NCBI RefSeq assembly: GCF_032191835.1
Contig: NC_083224.1
Location: forward strand, 130,324,001-130,388,000
Reading direction: 5' to 3'
Source: Heteronotia binoei
Lineage: Eukaryota
Length of the DNA: 64,000 nt
Each line of letters begins with the position of its first letter. The first letter of the stretch is position 1. The position numbers were made by a program, and so were the translations under genes. Shown here piece by piece: positions 49,422 through 60,129 of this stretch. The notes beneath the pieces were generated by a model. That model saw only the letters and a list, made by a program, of their open reading frames with translations, did no database searches and was not told where the DNA came from.

Positions 49422-50771
49422 TGTAAGCCAAAAGACCCTCAAAAGAGGTTGGGGAATTGACAGGTGGGCACCTTTGGCTTAAAAAGGATCTAGAATCTAT
49501 GTATACAGGATTCCACTTCCAGAAATCATTGCTTAAATTTACCAAGGACACTAATTAAATAAAAACAATTAAAAATTTATTGTAGAAAAATACAGAACAC
49601 ACATACAAGGTAATGAATACATATAACACACATATAGTCCTAATAAAAATAGAGATAAATGCATAGAGGTAACATAAGGATGAACAAACAGGGTGATAAT
49701 TACTGATCGTAGTCTTCAAGGAAGGCTCCAATGGTGACAAAAAAGAACTAGGGGGAAGGGACCCTCAACTGATCAGGAATCGGGGATGTATCTAAACAGC
49801 AGGAATGGAGTACTGCTAGATGCACACCTGTGGGGAGCTGGGTCACAGGTTATAAGGACTACCTTGAGCCCTTAGGAGATGGGAGGTACAGGGGTGGATG
49901 ACAGGTGGTCAGCTGGTACATGACCTCAGAAAAAGGGGAGGCTCCGCAATGACCATACGGGCTGGACTTATGTGGTAGCCAATAGCCAGTTTATTGGGGG
50001 CACGTGATTGGATGCCCATACCTGGCCAATGAGCAGACTTGGCCCTGGTTACCTGATTGGACTTCCAGGTAACAATGGGCCAAGCGGGAGGCTCCAGGAT
50101 GGACCATTAAGGGAAAGAATGGGTGAAATTATTGGGGTGGAGGTGATTAAAGCTATCAAAACTTATCTAAAAGGCGACAATAGATGGCCAAATTGCTACC
50201 TAAGGTAGCACCCAATCTATACAAAGGCACTTGGCTCTAGGTGAAGATGTTCTTCCTCCTCTTCATTCCTCTACTGGCCCCAGCCTTTGTTTTGGGTTCC
50301 ATTGGACAAAGGCTTAGGCAGTCTGACAGGATTCATGCCTAAGATAAGCTTGATGGCCTTATGCATAGGTGACATATGTTGAGTACGTGAGCCTCCCACT
50401 TCATTGTAATGGAGTCTGGCACTGCAGGAAGATAGCTGCTGGTGATGTTAGCCTTCCCATATGGATTCTATGGTTAAGGCTGGAAACCGCTTGCCTGGAC
50501 AGTTCCTGGCGGTGCACCTTCTTCCGCTGCAACGGCCGAGATGGTGATCACATGGAGCGACCGGAAACCCATCTGTTCTCCTGGTTAGCACTTTTCTGGA
50601 GACACGGAGTGCTGCTGCAATGTTGTAGCTATTTGTACTCACATAAGTCCCTACATTCTGGTAGACAAAATCCATGTTCTCCTGGCAGATGTGTGTGAGT
50701 TGAATCTCCAGGCACCCTGGCAACCAAACGGGTGACTACAATGTTCTGAAATTAGGGGTCTTTTTCTCACA
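49422..50771 (-). mobile_element. 1350-bp TGT...ACA insert in gag, most likely a long solo LTR in antisense orientation
   Basis: 4-bp TSD GATT at 49418-49421 and 50772-50775; about 17-bp imperfect terminal inverted repeats; gag rejoins across it (ATD-WYVTL); CCAAT, TATA-like and AATAAA motifs in order on the minus strand. Confidence 0.8.
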
Positions 50772-52966
50772 GATTGGTACGTTACCCTATACAAGTCACA
50801 CTCACCTGCCTTAGATTTGGCCAGAGGCCTTAAGTGAACAATTCAAAGACCCCTTGCAGGAGACCAATGCTATCTCTGCTCTCCACGACTTAAAGCAAGG
50901 TGCAAAATTGGTCTGTGACTATCTGGTGGAGTTCCAATTCTTGAATAGCAAAGTGCACCATTGGGACTCTGGGGCCCAGGTAAAATAGTACAAGAGGGGG
51001 CTCAACTCAACACTATTTGAGGAAGCATTGGCCATGAGGAAACCCAGACTCTAGTTGGGTGGATTCAACTAGCTTGGGAGATAGAGGACCAGCAGAAGGT
51101 GGTAGCACTCCACCAAAAGCAACAGGGAGCCCCTAGTCCCCAAGAGACTAAAGACAGAGGGGGAGAGAAGGGGGCTCCTCACAAGCCCACCCTCACCCCC
51201 AGTGAGAAAGAGCAGCACGCTGAGAATCACTTATGCTTCTAGTGCAGGAAGGGGAGAACCATGTCGCCAATGAATGTCCCAGCACCCCACGGGGGGGCAG
51301 AGGTCCTGGGGGTAAAGAAAGGGGACCCAAAGAAAAAGCCTCCTCAGCTGCAAAGGGAGGCACAGCCTTACTCCACTATGTGGAGCTGAAAGCCGAGAAT
51401 TCAGGGGAGTAGAGCAGAAAGACTCGCTGGCAGGAAAAGCCAATGACCTGCTGTGAAAAGTACACACCAGCAGGTCGCCGCAATTGCTGTGCCACTATGG
51501 GTGAGAACTTCCGGGACTTTTTATTTTATCCCATCACCCTAGTAAACCCAGAGACCAAAAGGTTTATGAGTGTGCAAGCCTTATTAGATTCAGGAAGTTC
51601 CGGGGGGGGGCTAGGGATGGACCCTGCTGAAATACAAGTGGTGGTGAACTGGGCAGCCCCCCAGACCTGCAAACAACTCCAAAGCTTCTTCGATTTTGCA
51701 AATTTCTATAGAAACTGCATCAATAACTTTGCTTCCCCCTCACCAACCTTTTAAAAACTAAGGGGAAAGGTGCAGAGACTCAAAAGCCTGAGGTCTGCCT
51801 CAAATGGCCCCCTAGCTGCCAGGTGGCCTTCAAAGAACTCAAGTGACTGTTCACTTCTGAGCCGATCCTTATCCATCCTGATGAAAACAAAAAGTTTGTG
51901 GTGCAATGTGACGTAAGTGATGTAGTCCAAGCAGCCATCCTGCTCCAAGAGGGGCAGGATGAGAAGCTGCACCTTTGCACTTATCTCAACTCCCCACCAC
52001 AAAGAAACTAGCCCAGTTTTTCTTACAACACATTGTTAGACTCCACTCAGTCCCGGCCAAGGTGATATCTGACAGTGAAGCTCAGTTCGTTGCCAATTTC
52101 TGGATTCAAGTGTGTAAATTAACAAGCATTGAACAGGGACTAAGCTCTGCCTATCACCCCCAAACAGACGGGCAGACGGAGCACACGAATGGGGTGCTCA
52201 AGTAGTTTCTCCGATGTTATGTGTCATTCCAACAGGACAACTGGGTTTCATTACTGCCGTTTGCTGAATATCCATATAATAACAGTGTTCATAGCTCTAC
52301 CAACGCTAGTCCGTTCCTGATTGTTAATGGGTATGAAAGGAAACCATTCCCAGAACTGCCGGGAGGCCCCAAGAATGCCAACTCCCCTGACTTTACCGAT
52401 TGGTGGCAGTCCATAGCCTAAGGCTGAACAATGATCCAAGCTGAACTCAAGAGAGCCAAAGGGACTTACAAAAATACCACGATAAACAAAATTCTAAACT
52501 TTGGGAGCTTAAAATGGGCGATACAGTTTACATCCCCATCAGAACTTGCCTAATTCAAAGCCTTCAAAAAAGTCGGGACTAAAGTACTTGGGGCCATTCC
52601 CCATTAAAGGGATTATTAATAATGTTAATATTGAACTTGAACTGCCTAAAGCACTAAAACATGTCCACCCTTGTTTTCATGCCATCCTCCTCAAGCATGA
52701 CCCTGGACCTTCATCTTGGCACCCACAACTGACTGCTCCAGCTCCAACTCTAGTGTGGGGTCAGATTACTTTGAATTCCAAAGCATTCTGAATTCCAAAT
52801 GGAAAAGGGGTGAACTTTACTATCTCATCAAATTGACTAACTTCCCCATTAGCCAAGCAGAATGGGTGAAAGCTTCAGACACAAACAGCCCAAGGCTAAC
52901 CAAAGACTTCCACAGCTGCTTCCCAAATAAACCAGGGGGAGGGTGAGGGCTTGGGTGGGGACAGTA

Positions 52967-53359
52967 TGTCAAGTACCTTGCCATTTTTGTGAAGAATAAA
53001 CCTCACTGTCTCATCGCTGCTGCTTTGCTCTGCTGCTGCTCTGCTTATCTCTTTGTAACAATTATCCAAATTCTTTCCATCTGGCCTGGGAAATTGCTAC
53101 CAAGGCTGCACCAATAGCCAAAATGCACCTGGGAGGAGATGTGAGATGTCTTGGGGGGTGGGATAGATGCTTCCTGCTTTTTGCTTCCCACTTGCTTTTG
53201 AAATAGTAATGTATTAAAGTAACCTATATAAGGGAGCAAGTTGTCCACCTTGCCAGTCTTTGCAAAAGCCGTCATGCCTGTAACCTGTTGTCAAGAGTCA
53301 ATAAACAATCATTTATAAAGTGAACTATTTGTGCTCTTTGAACTATGGGGGTCTTGACA
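52967..53359 (+). repeat. 3' LTR of the Gypsy element (393 bp)
   Basis: TGTCAAG...CTTGACA, with TATATAA and AATAAA inside. Confidence 0.93.
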
Positions 53360-54217
53360 CAAACATGCCAAGTTGAATGCTATAGTGCTAAACCAATATA
53401 GTCTCTCAACAGAGTCAATGATGCCTCTATAACACTAAAGTGCTATATTGGTTTAGTGCTATAGCACTCAATTTAGAATGTTCAGGGGAAGGGTGAAAAA
53501 GGGCGGGGGGAAGCGGCATTGTAGAAAGTGCTGCAGACATTTTAAACAGCACATCACAATGATTCAGAAGTGCAACAAAGAGGTGAAAATGGAAGAAAGC
53601 AGTTTCCCTTAAAGACAGCTCAGCCCTGCTTTGCCAATGGGATGCAAGCAGCACTCTATGAACATGTAAATTAAAGTCTGTTAGCAGCCAGTTGCTAATT
53701 TTTTTGTTTCTGAACTGACTCAAAAAATCTATTGTCAACTTGCAACTAAAATGGATTACAAAGGCTGACTGAAAGGGGCCCCAGTTCCATCAGTAGTAGA
53801 AGAAGTCAGCTGGGTCTTAATTCCATCACCAGTATCCATTGCAGAAATTTGGAATATAGTGGAACAAACTGTTACCTTCTCATAACTCAATCTTGAGAAA
53901 GGGCATTTGTCCAGAGGATCTGGTTATACAATAGAGTGAAAATTATCTTGTTGGACATAAAGTTTGGTCCTTATCTTACAGGCTCAAAGAAATTTGAAAA
54001 GAATTTGGAATTGTACCCGCAGCCAACTCACATATGAAGTGAACTCCTCCAGCGGTATTGTTGCTAGTCCCATTTCCCAAAGCAGTGATGGGAGGGAATT
54101 TTTTTTAAAAAAAATAAAAAAAAATCTGTCATACCTATGGTGTGTAATCACTTCCAGGAAAAATGTGTCACACTTCTTTAGAAATTGCCAAAACCTCTGT
54201 TTTTCACCAGAAGTGAA

Positions 54218-54503
54218 AGCCAGTTTGGTGTAGTGGTTAAGTGTGTGGACTCTTATCTGGGAGAACCGGGTTTGATTCCCCACTCCTCCACTTGTACCTG
54301 CTGGAATGGCCTTGGGTCAGCCATAGCTCTGGCAGAGGTTGTCCTTGAAAGGGCAGCTGCTGTGAGAGCCCTCTCCAGCCCCACCCACCTCACAGGGTGT
54401 CTGTTGTGGGGGAGGAAGGTAAAGGAGATTGTGAGCCGCTCTGAGACTCTTCAGAGTGGAGGGCGGGATATAAATCCAATATCTTCTTCATCTTCTTCTT
54501 CTT
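54218..54503 (+). mobile_element. Young CORE SINE (Squam3-like), full length
   Basis: tRNA-like head, CACCTCACAGGGTGTCTGTTGTGGGG CORE segment, L2-like GGGCGGGATATAAAT end, (CTT)n tail. Confidence 0.92.
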
Positions 54504-56162
54504 TAAAATTTTAGATTGAAATGCCTGCTACAATTACACATCACATGGGGGACTGCATAAGGTATCCTGTGTAGCTCCTTCCCATTGCTTGCCAAATCAG
54601 AATAAACTAGGAAAAAATAAATTATGCAAATACAGGAAAACCAATTTTTATGATGGCTGAGAGCTAAATGTTTTCATAATATTCTGAATTAGGATGCAAA
54701 TTTTTAAGCTTGGACTGCTTGCAAAACAGAAGAAACAAAATAAAAGAAAATATAGATTGGATCCTGTGAATCATGAAGAAAGCATTTACAGAACAGATCC
54801 CTCAAGAGCAGCTGGGGTATGCTTGTAGGAGACTGTAAGTGGGAGGGGGAAGGGGGGAGATCCATTCCATGAACTCCTTTAATTAACAATGCATAGGAAC
54901 CAATCTATGTAAATTTATTCAATTTGTCTAACATTCAGAAAAAAGAAAATTTATGCCACCCTCGAACTTGAGCCAGAATGATTATTTTTAATAGAGAATT
55001 GCCACAGCCTTGACCATCATGTTTCTCTTCTGCTTCTCTGCTGGCTACAAGGAAGAAAATACAAAAAAGATTATTAAGATTCCAATTTGATTACACTTTC
55101 AGGAAAAAAACTGAAACAAAGATCAGATTCTATGCAAGCAGTTTATAGCATTTTACTTTCCTCTGAGTTTCCCAGTGCTGCCTTAAACAGTAGTTAAATT
55201 GGAGTTCTGATTCTGATTACTACATCATAGTATAACATCTCTCTCATGCACACAAACATCCATATCATCAGTGGAAGATCAAATATTCTGTTGTAGTCCT
55301 GTAGAAATGAATGTGATGACAACTTTCTGAGAAACAAAGAGTTAGTCAAATTCCTCTGTTGTATAATTTCGCTGACGTCTATAATAGGGATGGGCATGAA
55401 CCGGGAAAATGGAGGTTTGTCCCCATTTGTAGTTCATAAGGTCTCACAAAGCACAAATCATGAACATTCTTGAGTCTTCTGAACAGTGGGGTTTTTAAAA
55501 GAAAAAGCCCAGCTTGAGCTCATTTACATATTAGGCCTCACCGCTTGTCCTGGGAACATGTGGGTTGGGCAAGCTGGAGCTCTGGCCAGTCCAGGCAGAG
55601 CTCCACTCCTGTGGGCTCCAGCAGAAAAAAAGCCCTGCTTCTCATTTACCAAAACAATTTTCTTTGTAAAATATTTTTTATTTTAAAATATATATATAAT
55701 ATAGATACAGAAGATAAAAAGAGGAACAAAGAGAAAAACTGACATATCAAATAACAAGTATACATAAAATACATATATATTTCAAAGATAAATACAAGAT
55801 ATAAACTGCATAATAGGTAGGACATTAAATCTATGATAGAAAATATTTTATCTTTTCACAAACTTTTGCAATTATTATTCTCACTTAAGAAAAAGGGAAG
55901 AATATTAAAATAGTAAATATTTCAGATTTCATATATATTATACAGCTCATGTATAATTATACAACAAACAGAGGTACATTAGATTAATTTAAAATTTAGT
56001 GGCTTTTCAGAGGATGCAGAAGAACAAAGAGAAATTTCTACTTTAATTGCTAATTGGCTTACATCTGTGCTGCATCTAGAGGAAAATGTTTCACCTCTCA
56101 TAATAAAAACATACAGAGTCCACCAACTAACAAATCCTAACAGATATGGCCCCAAGGATATT

Positions 56163-56520
56163 CATAGAACCATAGAGTTGGAAGGAACCTCTAGGGTCAT
56201 CTAGTCCAACCCCCTGCACAATGCAGGAAACTCACAAACACTTCCCCCTAAATTCACATGATCTTCATTGCTGTCAGATGGCCATCTGGCCTCCGTTTAA
56301 AAACCTCCAATCCACCACCTCCAAAGGTAGCCTGTTCCACTGAGAAATCGCTCTAACAGTCAGGAAGTTCTTCCTAATGTTGAGCTGGAAACTCTTTTGA
56401 TTTAATTTCAACCCATTGGTTCTGGTCCTACCTTCCGGGGCCACAGAAAACAATTCCACACCATCCTCTATATGACAGCCCTTCAAGTACTTGAAGATGG
56501 TGATCATATCACCTTTCAGC
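56163..56520 (-). mobile_element. CR1 LINE 3' end
   Basis: CATAGAACCATAGAGTTGGAAGG tail; GDMITIFKYLKGCH...RTRTNGLKL...NIRKNFLTVRA (ORF 56274-56549). Confidence 0.92.
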
Positions 56521-57235
56521 TGCCTTCTTTGACACCAGAACTCAGCCACCTTATAGTCACCTTCTTTGACACCAGAACTCAGTGCAAAATTTTACAGAAA
56601 GCCTGTAAACATGGACATTTTATTTATACTGATCTTAAAACTTACCCAGATCTTCCCAGGGAAGCTGTCTTCCTATGATGAGAATATTAAAATGATTTCT
56701 GCACAGCTATGTTCTGCAGACATAAACTATCACTGGGAAACCCCTGTTAAGCCTCTGGTTAAACATAATGGTGTGCCCCTCTCTGCTTCTGATATGGATT
56801 CTGGCTTCTCTCTTTGTCAATTCAGCTTTCACTAATGATGGTGGTGGTGGTGGTGGTGATTAATCACCCTATCCCAGCTCATGCCAGGCTCTGGGTGATA
56901 GAAAATGTACATTAAAAGCAGTGTGCAAGTTAAAAACAACACAACAAATTAGTTAAAACAATAAAAATCTCAGATGGCACCCTATAAATTTTTCTGTATT
57001 TTGGACTACCAGAGTGTCATATAAACTTATATTTAACACTACTCCCCCTAAGGGCGGCAAGAGCTCTGTCCATATATTTGAACACAAATTGATCATTGGA
57101 AGATATTATAATTTCCCTGTAGTTATATTAGAAGAGGGAGAAGGGAGGTGACAGCCCATGTTTTTGCTCCCTTTTATTTTAACCCACTGGATTAGAATGG
57201 TAAAAAGTTTTTTTCCCTATAATTTTTTTCCCTAT

Positions 57236-57520
57236 AAACAACTCATAACCAAATTCTAGATGTTGAAATCACCTCCCAAGAAGTCTTGGAAGCAATTTGC
57301 CAATTAAAACATAATTCCGCCCCAGGCAGAGATGGTTTACCATCTGAATATTATAAGGCTTTTAAGGCAGAATTGATGGCACTATTAACAGCATTGTGTA
57401 ACCACATTTTAAATACTAAGCAGATGCCAAAAACATGATCAGAAGCCAATGTGATTACTATTCTTAAACCAAATAAATGTCACCAAGACCCAGCCTCTTA
57501 ACGACCTATATCATTGCTAA
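57236..57520 (+). mobile_element. L1-clade ORF2 fragment (start of RT), cut by the ERV insertion
   Basis: ITSQEVLEAICQLK..SAPGRDGLPSEYYK...ITILKP...RPISLL ends exactly at the LTR start. Confidence 0.85.
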
Positions 57521-58201
57521 TGAAGCAGGGTTGAAATAAAAATATATTAAATAAGGTAAATTGAAAGCCATCAATTAGGCACAAGGGCAAGAAAACAAAA
57601 GGTCAAAGAGATTTTAAAAGTGCTTGCTAGATGCCTCTGTGAAATAATCCTTGTAGATTGCGAAAGGGAGGAAAGGAGAGTTAGCAGTGTGTCCAACTTG
57701 TAGAAGCATAAGGCAGCAAAAGAGGAAGTTAATCCTTCACCCATTGCCTTTGCCGCAGCTGCCTAAAGGAGGAACTAGAAACTGGCTGGAATAAGCACTA
57801 AAATAAGCATTGAGCAAACGTACCTTGGAAAAAGTCTCAGGAGCAAGTCAAAGGTGCAAATGTGTTTTTGATGAAGGATATTGCTGCAAGAGTGTTAGCA
57901 ACATCAATGCCATGTATGGAAAGACTCTCCCTGTCTCCTCCTTGTTCCTTTAGTAATATGACGCTTGTAATGATGTATGGGATATGGGGTGGGCCTTTCC
58001 TGTAATTGTGCGATTGTTTACTGAAAATGATTGTCTGTGACTATAAAACTGTAGACCTTCCTGAAACTGGGGCTCCCAGATTTGTTTAGACATGAGTCTG
58101 GTCTGGGGTCCGTGTACACGTTAAATAAACGGCTGTTTCTTCCTGATTTCGCCTGTGGCCTCGTTTCTGCCTGACCACCAACGGCTAAGGTTGCTGCTAC
58201 A
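57521..58201 (+). repeat. ERV 5' LTR (681 bp)
   Basis: TG...CA termini; first 320 bp repeated at 63681-64000; TATAAAA near 58043; TAAATAAA near 58122. Confidence 0.93.
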
Positions 58202-58207
58202 TTTTTT

Positions 58208-58225
58208 TGGTGCATTGGGCCGGTC
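58208..58225 (+). promoter_or_regulatory. Primer-binding site, tRNA-Gly-like
   Basis: TGGTGCATTGGGCCGG versus TGGTGCATTGGCCGGGAA, the complement of the tRNA-Gly(GCC) 3' end; immediately after the LTR. Confidence 0.75.
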
Positions 58226-58782
58226 AAAAAGGGGGGGGATTTGGGCCCCACCCTTTGGCCCCCAGACCAGCCTGGGGCTATGGTCAGGCCAGCCTTGGGT
58301 CCGGGAAGGAGCTCCCAGTTGATTTCAGTTGCTGGGCCTGTCTGCCTCTGCCTGGCCTGGCCTGGCTGGATGGGTCGCCAAACAGACCACAGAAAGGCAT
58401 TCAGGAACTGGCCCTAGTAAGAAGACCTGCGCAGGTGAGTATGAGAATGGGGTTTAGTAGATAGAACCTCTCCATAAGAGACTGTTTGGCCTCGACCCGT
58501 CTCGGAGGGAAGGAGGGCTTGATCACCCCTCGGCTGCACACTAGTAAAGCTCGCTGAAAGAAAGGGGAAGTAGTTCTCCCCGCCAGCACCCTTGAAGCTG
58601 TGCTAGCCTAGTACTGGAACTGGGAAGGGGCTTGTGGTGAGATTGTGTATGAATGAGACATGACATTTGCTGAAGGCAGCAGCTGCTATGAAGCGACATG
58701 TGTTTCCTTGTGTTGAGACTGCTCTCTCACCCACCCCCTTTTCCCTTTTGTGTCTAAGAATGTCTCGTCTGTCTGGTTAACC

Positions 58783-60115
58783 ATGGGAGGATCACAGTCT
58801 AGGGGACGCCCTTAGACTGCATGACTGCAATTCTGACATAGGTTTTAGTGGAGACTATGGTATAGATAGGGCTCCTGAAGCGTTTGTAGCATTTTATGAA
58901 CTAGAGGGTTTTAAACAGAGGCTAGATGGCCATCTGACAGCGATGGAGATCCTGTGAATTTGGGGGGAGGTATTTGTGTGTTCCTGCATTGTGCAGAGGG
59001 TTGGATGACCCTGGAGGTCCCTTCCAACTCTATGATTCTATGATTCTAGAATGACCTACATTTGGTGTTGTTCAGTCATCTAAGGGTTCATGTGACAAAG
59101 GTTATGAGTTACCCTGACCACCTAGACCAGTCCTTGTATATTGTTTCATAGCAGTTTGGATTTAAACCACCTACATGGTTGCAAAATACACTACTCTTGG
59201 GCAGGCATCTCAGTCTCAGGCCAAGACAATTTACACCACAGCACCTCCAGGAACCAGATATTAGGACATAGGGCAGTGTCCCAGTCGCCCCTTGCAGGGA
59301 GCCGGTCCTTCAAGCCCAACGCAAAGCTCCCAGCCTTTCCTCTTTGCCACTTGGACTTCACCCTCGCCCCCTTCATCGGTTAAGACCAAAGAACTCCGGA
59401 TCTATGGGCTTCCCCAAAGAGAAGGTCTCCAGAAGCAAGCCCCCCGCCTCTGGCCAGCTTGCCACCTCAAAAGAAGTCCCAGTCAGCCATGTGATGCCCC
59501 TCCAGCAGATCCAGGCTTCCCAATTCCTGGGCTATGATGGGACAGAAGGAGGAAGGGAACAACATGCCATGATGGGCTACATTTCCCTGGAACTGACCTC
59601 ATATGGAATGCCAACCGGGAGGCTCCCATCTGCCTATTAAGCCAATACCGGCAGGCACAAAGGAGGCGGCCACAAAACCCATTAATATGTGGAGGAAGCT
59701 GTGGGCTGAAGTGTTTCCCTCAATTACATTTTCCTACCCCAGTTGCTGCAGGAGATAAGAGAGAATACCCCGGCAGAGGTGCAGGTCCAGATGGAGAAGC
59801 AGAGAGTCATCGACCTGGAGGTCCCAATGTATGAGGTGTCCGAGTTCCTGGGCATCTACGAAAAGGCCAAGCAGCTGGCAGAGGGAAAGCTGCCTGGCAG
59901 CAAGCAGAAGACCGAGCAGATCCTCAAAGGGAAACTGGCTGCCATCAATAAAGCCTCGTGCCTGAAGGCTGAAGCTGAAATTGCACAAGAGAGAGATGGC
60001 CAAGGAAACGGTAGAGGCATAGAAGAACTAGCTGGCTCAGTGCCAGGACGTGGTGTACACCAACAGGAATGTCCCCAAGGAAAAGAAAGCCCTAATTGCC
60101 AAACCCTTGTGTGAA
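58783..60115 (+). pseudogene. gag: ERV gag remnant
   Basis: MGGSQS..PLDCM...GFSGDYG...ELE.PTFGV matrix motif with stops and frameshifts; helical C-terminal part and degenerate knuckle (ORF 59743-60114). Confidence 0.8.
58908..59050 (+). mobile_element. Short CR1 3' end inserted in ERV gag
   Basis: TTAAACAGAGGCTAGATGGCCATCTG...CCCTTCCAACTCTATGATTCTATGATT tail; CTAGA repeated at both junctions. Confidence 0.85.
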
Positions 60116-60129
60116 GTTACAAAGGGGGG

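Larger units (their letters stand above)
48246..53359 (+). mobile_element. Chromodomain Ty3/Gypsy LTR retrotransposon, internally deleted and decayed
   Basis: LTRs 48246-48631 and 52967-53359; TSD CCAAC/CAAAC; gag (LRYFLVQ, DWYVTL, LKQG, CCHC remnant); protease ALLDSGS; RT-RH link NWAAPQTCKQLQSF; RNase H VVQCDVSD; integrase VISD...SAYHPQTDGQTE; chromodomain (ORF 52716-52946); purine-rich PPT before 52967. Confidence 0.95.

Noticed and set aside
50340-50560. Resemblance of a minus-strand frame (TISAVAAEEGAPPGTVQASG) to a DIRS tyrosine-recombinase C-terminus
   Set aside because: The catalytic H..R and Y residues are not present, and the TSD and termini do not fit DIRS.
53875-55300. Minus-strand exon candidates (DPLDKCPFSRLSYEK, RFWQFLKKCDTFF, strong acceptor near 55046)
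   Set aside because: Could not be joined into a coherent reading frame or matched to a family.
56525-56582. 22-bp direct repeat CTTCTTTGACACCAGAACTCAG
   Set aside because: A local duplication at a CR1 5' junction with no further structure.
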